DNA from: a virus
Taxonomy: Duplodnaviria > Heunggongvirae > Uroviricota > Caudoviricetes
DNA: 41,462 nt
Virus record (IMG/VR): IMGVR_UViG_2778261298_000002
Location: 1-41,462 of that record
Direction: 5' to 3' (one strand)
Position numbers and translations under genes: made by a program. Below, piece after piece: positions 1 through 9,274 of this stretch; position 1 is the first letter of the stretch; the number at the start of each line of letters is the position of its first letter. The notes under the pieces were generated by a model. The model had not been told where the DNA came from, did not search any database, and worked only from the letters and a program-made list of their open reading frames with translations.

Positions 1-2
1 CA

Positions 3-18
3 CTGTTTATCCATACAG
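3..18 (+). promoter_or_regulatory. LexA (SOS) box, distal copy
   Basis: CTGT-N8-ACAG palindrome (aCTGTttatccatACAGt) about 45 bp upstream of the dinI-like start. Confidence 0.5.
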
Positions 19-30
19 TTAAAAATAATG

Positions 31-46
31 CTGTATACAAACACAG
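31..46 (+). promoter_or_regulatory. LexA (SOS) box, proximal copy
   Basis: tgCTGTatacaaacACAGta closely matches the E. coli LexA consensus taCTGT-(AT)4-ACAGta; followed by RBS GGAGGG and ATG at 62. Confidence 0.7.
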
Positions 47-61
47 TATGGAGGGACTTTT

Positions 62-310
62 ATGCGTATTGAAATCTGCATAGCCAAAGAAAAAATGACT
101 AAAATGCCAACCGGTGCTGTGGATGCGTTAAAGGAAGAATTAACCCGACGCATCAGTAAGCGTTATGACGATGTTGAGGTGTTAGTAAAAGCCACCAGCA
201 ATGATGGCCTTTCTGTTACACGCACCGCAGATAAGGATTCTGCAAAAACTTTTGTTCAGGAGACTCTGAAAGATACCTGGGAATCTGCTGACGAGTGGTT
301 TGTTCACTAA
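62..310 (+). CDS. DinI-like DNA-damage-inducible protein (82 aa)
   Basis: Translation [11 protein letters not shown]...[15 protein letters not shown] matches the DinI family in size and conserved C-terminal ETWESADxWF motif; preceded by LexA boxes. Confidence 0.8.
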   Translation: MRIEICIAKEKMTKMPTGAVDALKEELTRRISKRYDDVEVLVKATSNDGLSVTRTADKDSAKTFVQETLKDTWESADEWFVH

Positions 311-560
311 TAAACACGTAAAATCTGTAACGGCTGGAAATCATTCAATACTCGCACTATCGAAAGTTCACCAGCCAACCGCAGCGCGTTCTTGCATACG
401 ACGTGGCTGCGGTCTCAACTCCGTCCCCCACCAATCATGATTGGGCAGTACCAGTACAGCACTAGTAAAAACTGGAAATAAGCAGTCTCAGCAAAATACC
501 GGCCAGACGGTGAGAAGACAAAAAAGATACGCAAAGTAGCCGCGGCCCTTAGTGACATGA

Positions 561-583
561 AATCCCGCTATACGGGCTTTTTT
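561..583 (+). terminator. Weak rho-independent terminator-like hairpin
   Basis: Short stem cccg/cggg followed by TTTTTT, about 250 nt after the dinI-like stop. Confidence 0.3.
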
Positions 584-658
584 GTATCTGCACACGATTG
601 ATTATTAGGTCCGTATAGCTAATAGTGGTATTAACCTACATATAGAATCAGAGACTTT

Positions 659-1354
659 ATGAAAAAGGAAATACTCAAGGCTCTTTGCCCTACATGCGGT
701 GGGTTACGTAACTGCACTGTGCATGGGAAGCTAACCACTAGCTGGGAGGATTCCCAATATCCAGTTTATGGGTACCATTACCATCACCTACTCCAATGCA
801 ATGGCTGTGATACTGTCTTCTATCACCACAACGAACACTTCAGTGAGCATACTACCCACGAATATCGTGATGGTGAATTTGTAGAAACGCCTATAGATAT
901 GATCACTACCTATCCTGCCGCTGAAACATTTCAAGCTCCGATATGGTTATCCAAGCTTGAATCAGTTGATCGTCAGCTCTTTCAAATATTTAATGAAATG
1001 TATTCTTCATATACTTCTGACCATTTCATTCTTTCGTCCATCGGTTTACGGACGATTTTTGATCGAACTGCTGAACTGTTACAAATTCACCCCGGTTTGC
1101 CGCTTGGTGAAAAAGTTGAAAAATTAAAACAAGATGGAGTCATAGGCGACACTGAGGCATGCGTTATATCTTCAGTAATTGATGCAGGAAACGCCGCCGC
1201 ACATCGCAGTTGGAGCCCGAATAAAAGTGAGTTCGAACAAATGCTAGAAGCTATAGAAAGTTTTGTCCAAAGAACTATCTTGGGCAAAAAATCACTTGAA
1301 CATATAACCAAACAACTCCCACCTCGGGTTACAAGACCTAAAAATAGTGCATAA
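659..1354 (+). CDS. Hypothetical protein, N-terminal CxxC...CxxC zinc ribbon plus C-terminal helical domain (possibly DUF4145-like)
   Basis: 231-aa ORF; N-terminus has CPTCGG...CNGCDTVFYHH; C-terminus has GNAAAH motif; own sigma70-like promoter (TTGATT-16-TAATAG at 598-625); occupies the slot where e14 carries mcrA, next to the invertase. Confidence 0.6.
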   Translation: MKKEILKALCPTCGGLRNCTVHGKLTTSWEDSQYPVYGYHYHHLLQCNGCDTVFYHHNEHFSEHTTHEYRDGEFVETPIDMITTYPAAETFQAPIWLSKLESVDRQLFQIFNEMYSSYTSDHFILSSIGLRTIFDRTAELLQIHPGLPLGEKVEKLKQDGVIGDTEACVISSVIDAGNAAAHRSWSPNKSEFEQMLEAIESFVQRTILGKKSLEHITKQLPPRVTRPKNSA

Positions 1355-1380
1355 TCCGCGATCATCAATGTGGCGTAAGG

Positions 1381-1937
1381 CTATGGTTTACTTGCTACAG
1401 GGAATTTTTTATACACCGTTGAAATACCCAGATCATAAATCAGTGCGACTTGCTGCTGATATATTCCCGATTCAATCAACCTGCCAGCCTGCCCCCATTG
1501 TTCTACTGTCAGCTTTGGCTTTCGCCCACCGTTCCTCCCTTCTTGTCGTGCTGCGGCAAAGCCGCCCTAGTACGTTCGACAATAAACTCTCGCTCCATTT
1601 CAGCCAGGGCACCCATCACATGAAAGAAAAAGCGCCCCATTGGTGTGCTGGTATCAATAGCATCCGTCAGGCTGCGAAAATTAACGCCACGTTCGCGCAA
1701 CTCTTCCACCAGCACGACAAGATGCCGCATACTGCGCCCCAGTCGGTCCAGTTTCCAGACCACCAGCGTGTCACCTGCCGATAATGTCCTGAGCAGCTTT
1801 TTCAGTCCTGGTCTGTCGGACTTTGTACCGCTTATCTTGTCTTCAAAAATCAGCTCACATCCTGCACAGTTCAACGCATTACGTTGTAGATCGGTGTTCT
1901 GGTCATTTGTTGATACGCGAACATAGCCAATAAGCAT
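1381..1937 (-). pseudogene. pin: Serine-recombinase DNA invertase (Pin/Gin/Hin family), frameshifted
   Basis: N-terminal 140 aa MLIGYVRVSTNDQNTDLQRNAL...GRFFFHVMGALAEMEREFIVERT is a resolvase catalytic domain; the C-terminal HTH (..EQWGQAGRLIESGI.QQQVALIYDLGISTVYKKFP) is in a different frame downstream of the stop at 1509; span is 557 nt, not a multiple of 3. Confidence 0.75.
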
Positions 1938-1991
1938 GATTGCTCCTCCTGACAAAAACAGGAACGATGCCATTTGCGCGCTATTTCTGCA

Positions 1992-2017
1992 TTTTCATAA
2001 ACGTTGGTTTGGGAGAA
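1992..2017. other. Invertase crossover site (gix/hix/pix-like), left
   Basis: 26-bp ttttcataaacgttggtttgggagaa; its reverse complement TTCTCCCAAACCAACGTTTATGAAAA matches the site at 3899-3924 and the hix/gix consensus (TTCT..AAACC.A.GGTTT..GA.AA). Confidence 0.75.
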
Positions 2018-2377
2018 GCGGCAAAACGGGATGTGGGGACAGGGGAAAATCAGATACCGGACATGGCCTCTTTTGCCAGTGGTGATGGATGGATGAAATT
2101 ACCCAACGGGAAAATCCTGCAATATGGTCGTGGTGCGGTTACGCCGACATTATCGACGCAAACAATGAGAATTACATTCAGCATCCCTTTCCCCAAAAAA
2201 GCGGACTGCGCCATGCTTACTCATTCTGGTGATGGCGGTGCGCCTTTAGGCGCTGGGCGAGGGTTCGTGATGACTGCAGAAGGCCCAACGTTAACCGGCT
2301 TTAATTCTGCTTACAGAACGTCATCAACCAGCGACACGGTATCGATGAATTACAGTTGGTGGGCTGTTGGTGAGTAA
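2018..2377 (+). other. Silent alternative tail-fibre C-terminal cassette (expressed only after inversion)
   Basis: Open frame continuing from the crossover site (..AAKRDVGTGENQIPDMASFASGDGWMKLPNGKILQYG..) with no independent start; followed directly by a tfa-like gene. Confidence 0.6.
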
Positions 2378-2388
2378 TTTTATTCAGG

Positions 2389-2841
2389 GTGATTTATATG
2401 AACGAATATGTTTATAGCGCAAGGCATAATGCTTTTTTCCCTGTGGATATGATTGATAAATATAAATCAGAGGGATGGGATTTATCAGACGCTAAGGAAG
2501 TAAATCAAAATATTATCAGTGAGTTTATGGCTGAACCGCCACAAGGAAAAATCCGTATTGCCGGAGATGATGGGCTGCCTGCGTGGGCAGATATTCCTCC
2601 ACCCACGCATGAAGAGCTTATTGAAATTACTGAATCAGAAAGACAGCTACTAATTAACCAGGCCAACGAATACATGAACAGTAAGCAATGGCCCGGTAAA
2701 GCCGCTATTGGTCGTCTGAAAGGTGAGGAACTGGCGCAATATAATTTGTGGCTGGATTATCTGGATGCACTGGAGCTGGTTGATACCTCCAGTGCGCCAG
2801 ATATTGAATGGCCTACGCCTCCGGCAGTTCAGGCCAGATGA
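2389..2841 (+). CDS. Tail fibre assembly protein (Tfa), alternative-orientation copy
   Basis: 150 aa; C-terminal motif ..LWLDYLDALELVDTSSAPDIEWPTPP typical of Tfa chaperones. Confidence 0.75.
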   Translation: MIYMNEYVYSARHNAFFPVDMIDKYKSEGWDLSDAKEVNQNIISEFMAEPPQGKIRIAGDDGLPAWADIPPPTHEELIEITESERQLLINQANEYMNSKQWPGKAAIGRLKGEELAQYNLWLDYLDALELVDTSSAPDIEWPTPPAVQAR

Positions 2842-3415
2842 CATCCGGCGCGGTGCTGGTATCTGTTGCCGTCACCGCGTCAATGTAATCCAGCACAGCG
2901 TTAAGTCTGGTTGTTTCTGCCTGCGTCAGTTTACGTCCGGCCTGCAATTTCAGTTGAATCAGACTAATGGAAGCCATTGCAGCATCAATCAGTGACTGGC
3001 GCTGTGCTTCTGCCGCGTCTACTGCGGCGCTATGCTGTGCCTCAGTATCGGTCACCCATTTCTCACCATCCCATTTATCGTATGGCGTTAATGGGGCGAT
3101 AGTGGTTGTATTTTCAGGGTAATCACCCGGAGCGGTGATTTCTTTTGATTCTCCTGTTTTGGTGCTATAGACCGTTTCACCGCGATGGTCTGGCACATAT
3201 TCCCATGAATTTAAATCTACAGAGCGACAGATTGCATAACCAGCTTTATGTGTACCTGGTGCATCCAGACAGGAACATGCCGGGATACCGACTCCGACAG
3301 CGAGATATTCAGTTGATGTAGAAATATATTCCCGCGTTTCGCCATCATAGTTATGTACGATGATTTCCCCATCATTTAAAGCGTAACCGTCTTTTCCCAA
3401 AATAGCCTGTTCCAT
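2813..3415 (-). CDS. Tail fibre assembly protein (Tfa), currently expressed orientation
   Basis: 200 aa; C-terminus ..LNAVLDYIDAVTATDTSTAPDVIWPELP; immediately downstream of the fibre gene. Confidence 0.75.
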   Translation of the reverse strand: MEQAILGKDGYALNDGEIIVHNYDGETREYISTSTEYLAVGVGIPACSCLDAPGTHKAGYAICRSVDLNSWEYVPDHRGETVYSTKTGESKEITAPGDYPENTTTIAPLTPYDKWDGEKWVTDTEAQHSAAVDAAEAQRQSLIDAAMASISLIQLKLQAGRKLTQAETTRLNAVLDYIDAVTATDTSTAPDVIWPELPEA

Positions 3416-4201
3416 TTATGCAGCCCTCACAATGTAGTTAAATGCAATGTTTCGCGGGCTACCATCACCGGCACCGGAACTAACATGATTGGTTCTCTCC
3501 ATTCTTTTACTATCATTTGTTGTTCCCTGCCCATCCTTCCACGAATGCAATAACCCACCGTCGCCAACGCTCAACTGTACGGAAAACACGGATGCAGGAT
3601 TCGGCCCAACATCACTAGCCCAAAGGTTGTCGCCGGTCCAACCAGACATTTCATGGTTATGTTCAAGGATAGATGCTGCCTGACTTGAAAGCAGCAGTCT
3701 CGCGGAATCAACACCTCGCCCATCATCCCACCCGCGAATAAACTCACCGCGCAAATCCGGTAATTTTAACTTTGGGTAAGCCTTTGCCAGTTTTGGGTAC
3801 TCTTCGGCAGAAAAAGGTGCACCGTTGCATTTCAGCCAGCCTGTTGGTGGTGTGGCTGAAGGCCACGGAACAGGCACACCAACGGGTAACGCTGAGCCTT
3901 CTCCCAAATCAAGGTTTTTGAGAGCCGTTGGTACCGTGCCGTCCGATTTGATATCACCAAACGGATTATTGCGGCTTAACAGCAGTGCGCGAAGTGCGGT
4001 AAGCAACTGGTCATACCGCCCCTTCTCCAGGCTGGCACCGGATGCCTCCACAACGCTGCAAAGCTCCTCCTGCAACATGTCAAAGTAGTCATCATCCAGA
4101 TCGGTGGCAGGCGTACCAGTCTGGGGATTACCACGGGTAAAACCGTTCTTACCCGCGCCGAACTTATCCTTCTGCGCGGTTTTCGTGTCTATACGATGCA
4201 T
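3416..4201 (-). CDS. Tail fibre protein (constant N-terminus plus invertible C-terminal receptor-binding part)
   Basis: 261 aa; conserved fibre motifs [10 protein letters not shown]...YPKLAKAYP...[11 protein letters not shown] and C-terminal [11 protein letters not shown]; crossover site lies inside the gene at about codon 93. Confidence 0.8.
   Translation of the reverse strand: MHRIDTKTAQKDKFGAGKNGFTRGNPQTGTPATDLDDDYFDMLQEELCSVVEASGASLEKGRYDQLLTALRALLLSRNNPFGDIKSDGTVPTALKNLDLGEGSALPVGVPVPWPSATPPTGWLKCNGAPFSAEEYPKLAKAYPKLKLPDLRGEFIRGWDDGRGVDSARLLLSSQAASILEHNHEMSGWTGDNLWASDVGPNPASVFSVQLSVGDGGLLHSWKDGQGTTNDSKRMERTNHVSSGAGDGSPRNIAFNYIVRAA
3899..3924. other. Invertase crossover site (gix/hix/pix-like), right, inside the tail-fibre gene
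   Basis: ttctcccaaatcaaggtttttgagag; inverted repeat of 1992-2017. Confidence 0.75.
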
Positions 4202-4204
4202 GGA

Positions 4205-4789
4205 TTACTCCGGATATTTAAAAATTACGTAGGTATGCGACGGGCAGAGTTTGTTAAGCACACACTCGACAACGGTGTCGCCCCAGATACGCAGTGCGGA
4301 ATCACAGGGATCGCCACATGTCATCCAGGTGGTGTTGGTGGCGGCTGGCATGTTGACCTGCCAGTAATACCGCCATTCCGGCGCATTCACCGCGTCAGTA
4401 CAGGCCGATGAGCAGGTGAACGTGCTTTTATCGTATCGCGTGATAGTGGCGTCTGGTCTGCCCAGGGCAGCAAGCTGTGCAAGATAAAAATCCTCATTGA
4501 TGCCGCCCGCCAGATTAACCTTCGCATCCAGCCGTTGCTGACGCTGGCGAAGGGTCTGTGTCCCTGCGGGAATACATTCATCCGGCAGACCGCACAGACG
4601 CTCCCAGCGGTTTATCAGTTCAGTGGTGGTGCGCGGATCCAGCTCCCGCATCAGGGCATCCGCACGCTGATGAACGCGGGTTAATGACGGTGCCGCACCG
4701 GCAATCGCCGGATCGCTGACTGACCACGCCGGACCGGGCGGCAACAGTGCCGACAACAGACGGATATAATCATCGTTTGTCACGTCCAT
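4205..4789 (-). CDS. Putative tail/baseplate protein (YmfQ / Mu gp48-like)
   Basis: 194 aa, placed between baseplate J and the tail fibre as in e14 and Mu-like tails. Confidence 0.6.
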   Translation of the reverse strand: MDVTNDDYIRLLSALLPPGPAWSVSDPAIAGAAPSLTRVHQRADALMRELDPRTTTELINRWERLCGLPDECIPAGTQTLRQRQQRLDAKVNLAGGINEDFYLAQLAALGRPDATITRYDKSTFTCSSACTDAVNAPEWRYYWQVNMPAATNTTWMTCGDPCDSALRIWGDTVVECVLNKLCPSHTYVIFKYPE

Positions 4790-5838
4790 GAAATCGTCCC
4801 CAGAACCGCCAGCTCATTTTTTGCAATGGAGATATTGTCCGCCGGGGCAAGCAACTGATGGCTGTATTCCCCGTTCGCACCGGAAATCGCTTCACTGATA
4901 CGTGACACCTTCAGTTCTCCCTGCGGATAACCATCACGCAGCAGGAACGAACGCAACTCGGCGGTGATGGCAGCCCGTATTTCCGGTGTGTCCGGCGTCA
5001 CGCGGATATGAAAATCCACTTTATGCGCCACCGGCCTGAATACATACAAATCAGAGCCTGCCACCGGGGCCAGTGGCTCGATATGTTGTCTTGCCGCCGT
5101 TTCCGTTGACTCTTCCGGAATGGGATTAATCAGGTCACTGCTGGCAATCATCACACCGACAGACCCCGTTCCCATCCAGTGTCGGTATGTCCATGCGCGG
5201 GTAATGCCGGGCACTTCTTTAGCCCAGACGACATAGTCCCCGTCAGCCCCGCCCTGAGGCGTCCAGTAATACCGCTCAATGACGCGGGCGCGCCACGTTT
5301 CCAGCTCTTCAGTATCAAATCCACCTGTCAGGGTATCTGCCTCGCCGGAAGACGGCAGACCATTCACCGGCGTGACCAGGATTAATGCCGTACCGTCGTC
5401 AGCGTTACCGACCGCGCCTGCACTTGAGCAGGCGATCGGCACGCGCAGGACACCACCGGAGCTGATTGCATCGTCAGTTGTCGTGTACTGCACCAGGTCA
5501 TCGCGCTGAATAACACTCCCGGCAGTCACCTTCAGGCCATCGCTGACACCTTCCCAGCGCATATACCCGCTGGCAACCGTGGCTCCCTTGCGCGGACACC
5601 GTTTCATCTCAGCATGTCGCGCCAGCCAGGACTCATCGCACAGGTCAGGCAGCATATTCATTGCCAGATAATCGATGTAACCGTAGACCGTATGCAGCGC
5701 CGCCGCATACACCTTTGCCCGCACGTCTTCATCCATGCGCCGGAGCGTGTCGCTGACGTCCAGCCTGGCGAATAAATCGTTACGGAGCATACTGATATTT
5801 TCTGCCAGCGTCGGGCGCTGAAATTCACTGTCCGCCAT
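4780..5838 (-). CDS. Baseplate J-like protein (Mu gp47-like)
   Basis: 352 aa; position and size in the Mu-type baseplate cluster. Confidence 0.7.
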   Translation of the reverse strand: MADSEFQRPTLAENISMLRNDLFARLDVSDTLRRMDEDVRAKVYAAALHTVYGYIDYLAMNMLPDLCDESWLARHAEMKRCPRKGATVASGYMRWEGVSDGLKVTAGSVIQRDDLVQYTTTDDAISSGGVLRVPIACSSAGAVGNADDGTALILVTPVNGLPSSGEADTLTGGFDTEELETWRARVIERYYWTPQGGADGDYVVWAKEVPGITRAWTYRHWMGTGSVGVMIASSDLINPIPEESTETAARQHIEPLAPVAGSDLYVFRPVAHKVDFHIRVTPDTPEIRAAITAELRSFLLRDGYPQGELKVSRISEAISGANGEYSHQLLAPADNISIAKNELAVLGTISWT

Positions 5839-6253
5839 GCGTTATCGCACTCCACAGATCATCAAAAGAAATCATTACCGGTCCATCACGACGCCAGAGG
5901 GTGATACTGTTACCCAGCTCATTAATCCCGGTGCGGCGGATATCCAGATCAATACGGGACACCACGCCGTCATCAGTCATCCATTGCAGGCATTCGCGGA
6001 TATATCCCCTTACCGTCTGCACCAGCTGATTGGTCAGTTTGCTGCGCTGAAGCAGCCACAGTCGGGAGCCGTAACGGTCATTCTGTACCGCAGGCCAGGT
6101 ATCCCCCCACCATCCCATCGGGACGTCGGCATTGTCATCAGGCTCCGCCCGCCGCCAGGTGAACAGGGAAATCACCACGGCGCGGGTCAGCGGATCCAGC
6201 GGTGCGCTGGCGCAGGTGCGTTTACCGTTCACCGTCAGCCACAGTTCCATCAT
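5825..6253 (-). CDS. Baseplate protein (Mu gp46 / GPW-like)
   Basis: 142 aa; synteny between gpV-like and gpJ-like genes. Confidence 0.6.
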   Translation of the reverse strand: MMELWLTVNGKRTCASAPLDPLTRAVVISLFTWRRAEPDDNADVPMGWWGDTWPAVQNDRYGSRLWLLQRSKLTNQLVQTVRGYIRECLQWMTDDGVVSRIDLDIRRTGINELGNSITLWRRDGPVMISFDDLWSAITHGGQ

Positions 6254-6798
6254 GCCTCCATCGCTTTATCAGGTTTGTCGGTGTTACTGCCCTGACCGTT
6301 CTCTCTGTGACGATGCCCGTTATAGGCAAGCCGCATCGCTGACATGGTGGTGCCGCCGGAGTCGCACAGGTCTTTCACCTGTCCGGTCACTTCAAGGTCC
6401 ATTTCAAAACGTGCTCTGGGAGCATTGCGAAACGTGATCGTTTTACCTGCACCGTCCACCACGATCCCCTTCCGGGTCAGCGTCACGGACTGCCCCTGAT
6501 CGTCATAGACAGCCACCTCACCCGTCTGCAGCCCTTTCAGGCGGTAGCGCCGGTCCGACACCGTAACAACCACCGCATGAGAACGGTCGCCATCCGGAAA
6601 CAACACCACCGCTTCCGCACCGCTGTTTGCCCTTGCGGTAAAACCGTAGGGTTCAAGATGTTCAACCCCGGCTTTGGGTTCACCGGCAATCAGGGACACA
6701 TCCACGGTCTGACATTTCGTGGCGGCACTGATGCTTTTCACCACGGCCCGCCCAATCAGGCCGAGGAGTTGTCGCTGCATGGCTTCAATCGCCCTCAT
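6250..6798 (-). CDS. Baseplate assembly protein V / spike (Mu gp45-like)
   Basis: 182 aa; synteny in the baseplate cluster. Confidence 0.6.
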   Translation of the reverse strand: MRAIEAMQRQLLGLIGRAVVKSISAATKCQTVDVSLIAGEPKAGVEHLEPYGFTARANSGAEAVVLFPDGDRSHAVVVTVSDRRYRLKGLQTGEVAVYDDQGQSVTLTRKGIVVDGAGKTITFRNAPRARFEMDLEVTGQVKDLCDSGGTTMSAMRLAYNGHRHRENGQGSNTDKPDKAMEA

Positions 6799-7877
6799 CA
6801 GAACGGGTCCTCCTGTACTCTGGCTTTTTTCTTTTTCCGCGCGCCGGGGGCTTCGGGTTCAGGCAGATAAGCATCAGGTGGGCCGACACGGATTTCCGTC
6901 AGGGTGCCGTTCTGGTCCTGAGTAAACGTGACTTCCGAAACAAGCAGTTCGGTATTGTCGAAACCACAGACCGGATCGAAGACAATCACCCGCTGGTTGG
7001 GCTGCCACAGCGTACCGTTACCCTGTCGCCAGCCCTGCACCACATAAGTGGTTTCATCCGTCCGCGCCGCCCGTTGTCGGGCTTCAAAGTCAGCACGCGC
7101 AATACAGCCTGCCCCCGTGGCCTGCCCTGTCTGCCTGATATACATCGGACGGTAACGGGCAATAAATGCGTCCTCTGTGCGGGCCCGCAGCGCAGTTGTG
7201 GTGGCCTCACCGAAATCATCGTCGTTTCCGGCACGCTGCCCCGCCACCTGGTAAACAGAAAACCGCTCCCGGATACTCTTCTCCGTATCGCAGGAAAGGA
7301 TGTTTTCCCCAAGTACCAGCGCGGTATGTGCCCGCGTTGAGCCAATACCGCCAATCACCAGCCTGCCGTGCGGGTCGTCGTAAGCCAGTGCCTGCTGCTG
7401 ACCGAGTATTTTGTTGATTACCTCAATCACCGTTTCACCGTGATCAGGCTGGACATCAGGAATAACACCCGACGGCGCACCGCTGTTCACCACCTCAATG
7501 CCGAAAGGCGCAGCAAGCGCCTGCGCAATCTGTACCAGCGATCGTCCGTTAAACTGTGTCGGTTCGGCTGCACAGTCAATCAGGTCAGCGGTCAGACTGC
7601 GTCCGGCAATACCGGTGCTGACCGAACGGGCATCGTAACGAACGGGCGTCGCCTCCACCCAGCCGGTGATCACCAGCTCATCACCAATCAGCACCTCCAC
7701 TTTTGAACCGTTTTTAATGCGCGGCTGAAGCGTGGTAATCCCCTCATCTCCCGGCCACTGGCGGGTGATCTCCACACTGAAATCCCGCGCCAGCCGTTCA
7801 ATACCGGCACCGATGCGCACCGATGTCCAGCCATTCCACTCCCGGCCATTTACCCGTAGCGTGACATTGTCGTTCAT
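6798..7877 (-). CDS. Baseplate hub / tail protein (Mu gp44-like)
   Basis: 359 aa; between the DNA-circularisation protein and gpV-like gene. Confidence 0.6.
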   Translation of the reverse strand: MNDNVTLRVNGREWNGWTSVRIGAGIERLARDFSVEITRQWPGDEGITTLQPRIKNGSKVEVLIGDELVITGWVEATPVRYDARSVSTGIAGRSLTADLIDCAAEPTQFNGRSLVQIAQALAAPFGIEVVNSGAPSGVIPDVQPDHGETVIEVINKILGQQQALAYDDPHGRLVIGGIGSTRAHTALVLGENILSCDTEKSIRERFSVYQVAGQRAGNDDDFGEATTTALRARTEDAFIARYRPMYIRQTGQATGAGCIARADFEARQRAARTDETTYVVQGWRQGNGTLWQPNQRVIVFDPVCGFDNTELLVSEVTFTQDQNGTLTEIRVGPPDAYLPEPEAPGARKKKKARVQEDPF

Positions 7878-9250
7878 TGCACTGGCACCTTCAGAGGGAT
7901 CACCGGCACAAAGCCGGGATGCGTAATGGCATTACGCCGGATAATGTCCGCGTCACGCGCCGCGTTATCAAACCAGGTCGCCGCCAGCACCAGCGCGGGT
8001 AAAACCTCATCCGGTGTGCGCTGAATGATCCGTGCAGACTGTTCAAGGCGCGTGTTGATATCCGCATTCAGATCTGCTTTCACCCGGCGCAGCGCCAGAA
8101 ACAGCGCATCACTGGTTGTACGGGACAACTCCTTATCAATTGCCGTATTCAGTGTGTCGCGAATGTCGGTCAGTTCTTCCCACGTTGGCAGGTCAACCGT
8201 GTTTTTCACCGCCGGTGCATTGTTCAGTGCCGGATGCGTGACAGAAGGCCAGCCGGTGCTCTGCGCGGGTGTTGTTGACTGCCCCACTGTGGCATTCTGC
8301 ATCACCGCGGAAGTTGTGGGCGCAGGCAATCGTGTGACGGCATACGCCGCTTCGCTGATTGCGGTCGTACGAAGGGTGCTGGCAACCACGTTACGCTGCT
8401 GCGTCGCCGTGGCGGTGGTTTTACTGTCCGTTTTCCAGATGCCGCGCGGTTGCAGATCGCTGCCAAGGCTGACACCGGAAAGCGTTTTGATCATGGTGAC
8501 CAGGTCGCTGGCGTTACCATAAAGGCGTTTCCCGGTACGCCACATTTTCTGCACCTGCTCAACGAAATTTTTGCCTGACGATGGCGGCGGCAGAAGTACC
8601 GAGATATCCCCCTGCAACAGCCTGGCGGCATCCGATACGGCAGAATCCACCACTTTCATCGCATCAGAAACATACCCAAGCATTGTGCTGGCATTACCGA
8701 CGACATCGTTCTGCACAAAATCTGCCACGCCATCGATACTGAAACCACTGAAGCTGTCACTGATGCAGTCATCCAGTGCAGAACAGGATGACATCAGCGT
8801 CTGCGCCGTCGCCGCACCTGAAGTGGGGTAAGAGAGTTCTCCCGCTTCGACAAACTTCAGGTCAAAGCGGACAATACGCCCTTCACTCTTCGATGTGCTG
8901 ACCCGAACTTCCCCGTCAACACAGACTTTCAGCTCACCGTAAGTCGGATGGACAAGCGTGCCGGGACCGGGTTTATTCAGCGCTTCAATCAGGCGATCGC
9001 GCTGGTCAAAGCAGTCATCTCCCACCACATAAGCTGTGATGGACGGGCGGAAAGTGATTTTCCCCAGGTCTTCGGTATAGGGTTTGTCGCGGTTCGGGTA
9101 TTCGTGTGTTTCCACACGGCGACCGGTTCCCGCACTTTCTTCTTCAACCTTAAACGATACGCCGCGAAATGACGCGTCCTGAAGTCTGTCACGCCAGCCT
9201 GAAGACGACGAAAGTAATGAAGGTCGGGTGGGAAATGAGGATAAATCCAT
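7874..9250 (-). CDS. DNA circularisation protein-like tail protein (Mu gp43-like)
   Basis: 458 aa; immediately downstream of the tape measure gene as in Mu-like tails. Confidence 0.6.
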   Translation of the reverse strand: MDLSSFPTRPSLLSSSSGWRDRLQDASFRGVSFKVEEESAGTGRRVETHEYPNRDKPYTEDLGKITFRPSITAYVVGDDCFDQRDRLIEALNKPGPGTLVHPTYGELKVCVDGEVRVSTSKSEGRIVRFDLKFVEAGELSYPTSGAATAQTLMSSCSALDDCISDSFSGFSIDGVADFVQNDVVGNASTMLGYVSDAMKVVDSAVSDAARLLQGDISVLLPPPSSGKNFVEQVQKMWRTGKRLYGNASDLVTMIKTLSGVSLGSDLQPRGIWKTDSKTTATATQQRNVVASTLRTTAISEAAYAVTRLPAPTTSAVMQNATVGQSTTPAQSTGWPSVTHPALNNAPAVKNTVDLPTWEELTDIRDTLNTAIDKELSRTTSDALFLALRRVKADLNADINTRLEQSARIIQRTPDEVLPALVLAATWFDNAARDADIIRRNAITHPGFVPVIPLKVPVQ

Positions 9251-9274
9251 AGACTGACCTCAAAAAGGACTGCG

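Larger units (their letters stand above)
1992..3924. other. Invertible tail-fibre host-range segment (G/P-segment-like), about 1.9 kb
   Basis: Flanked by inverted 26-bp crossover sites; contains a fibre C-terminus plus tfa on the minus strand and an alternative C-terminus plus tfa on the plus strand; both junctions stay in frame through the shared LGE codons (ttgggagaa). Confidence 0.75.

Noticed and set aside
370-450. Possible tRNA 3' fragment or att core (..gcggtctcaactccgtcccccacca..)
   Set aside because: No TPsiC loop (GGTTCRANTCC) and no foldable acceptor/T-arm; the CCA-like ending is probably coincidental.
659-1354. McrA restriction endonuclease, as in e14 at this position
   Set aside because: The protein is shorter (231 aa) and does not match my recollection of McrA; it is treated as a different, unknown gene.
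1645-1926. Plus-strand 93-aa ORF and other antisense ORFs inside structural genes (for example 12216-12632, 13626-14216, 16496-16930, 18121-18696)
   Set aside because: They lie entirely antisense within strongly supported phage genes, are low-complexity or Arg/Ser-rich, and lack RBSs; treated as shadow ORFs.
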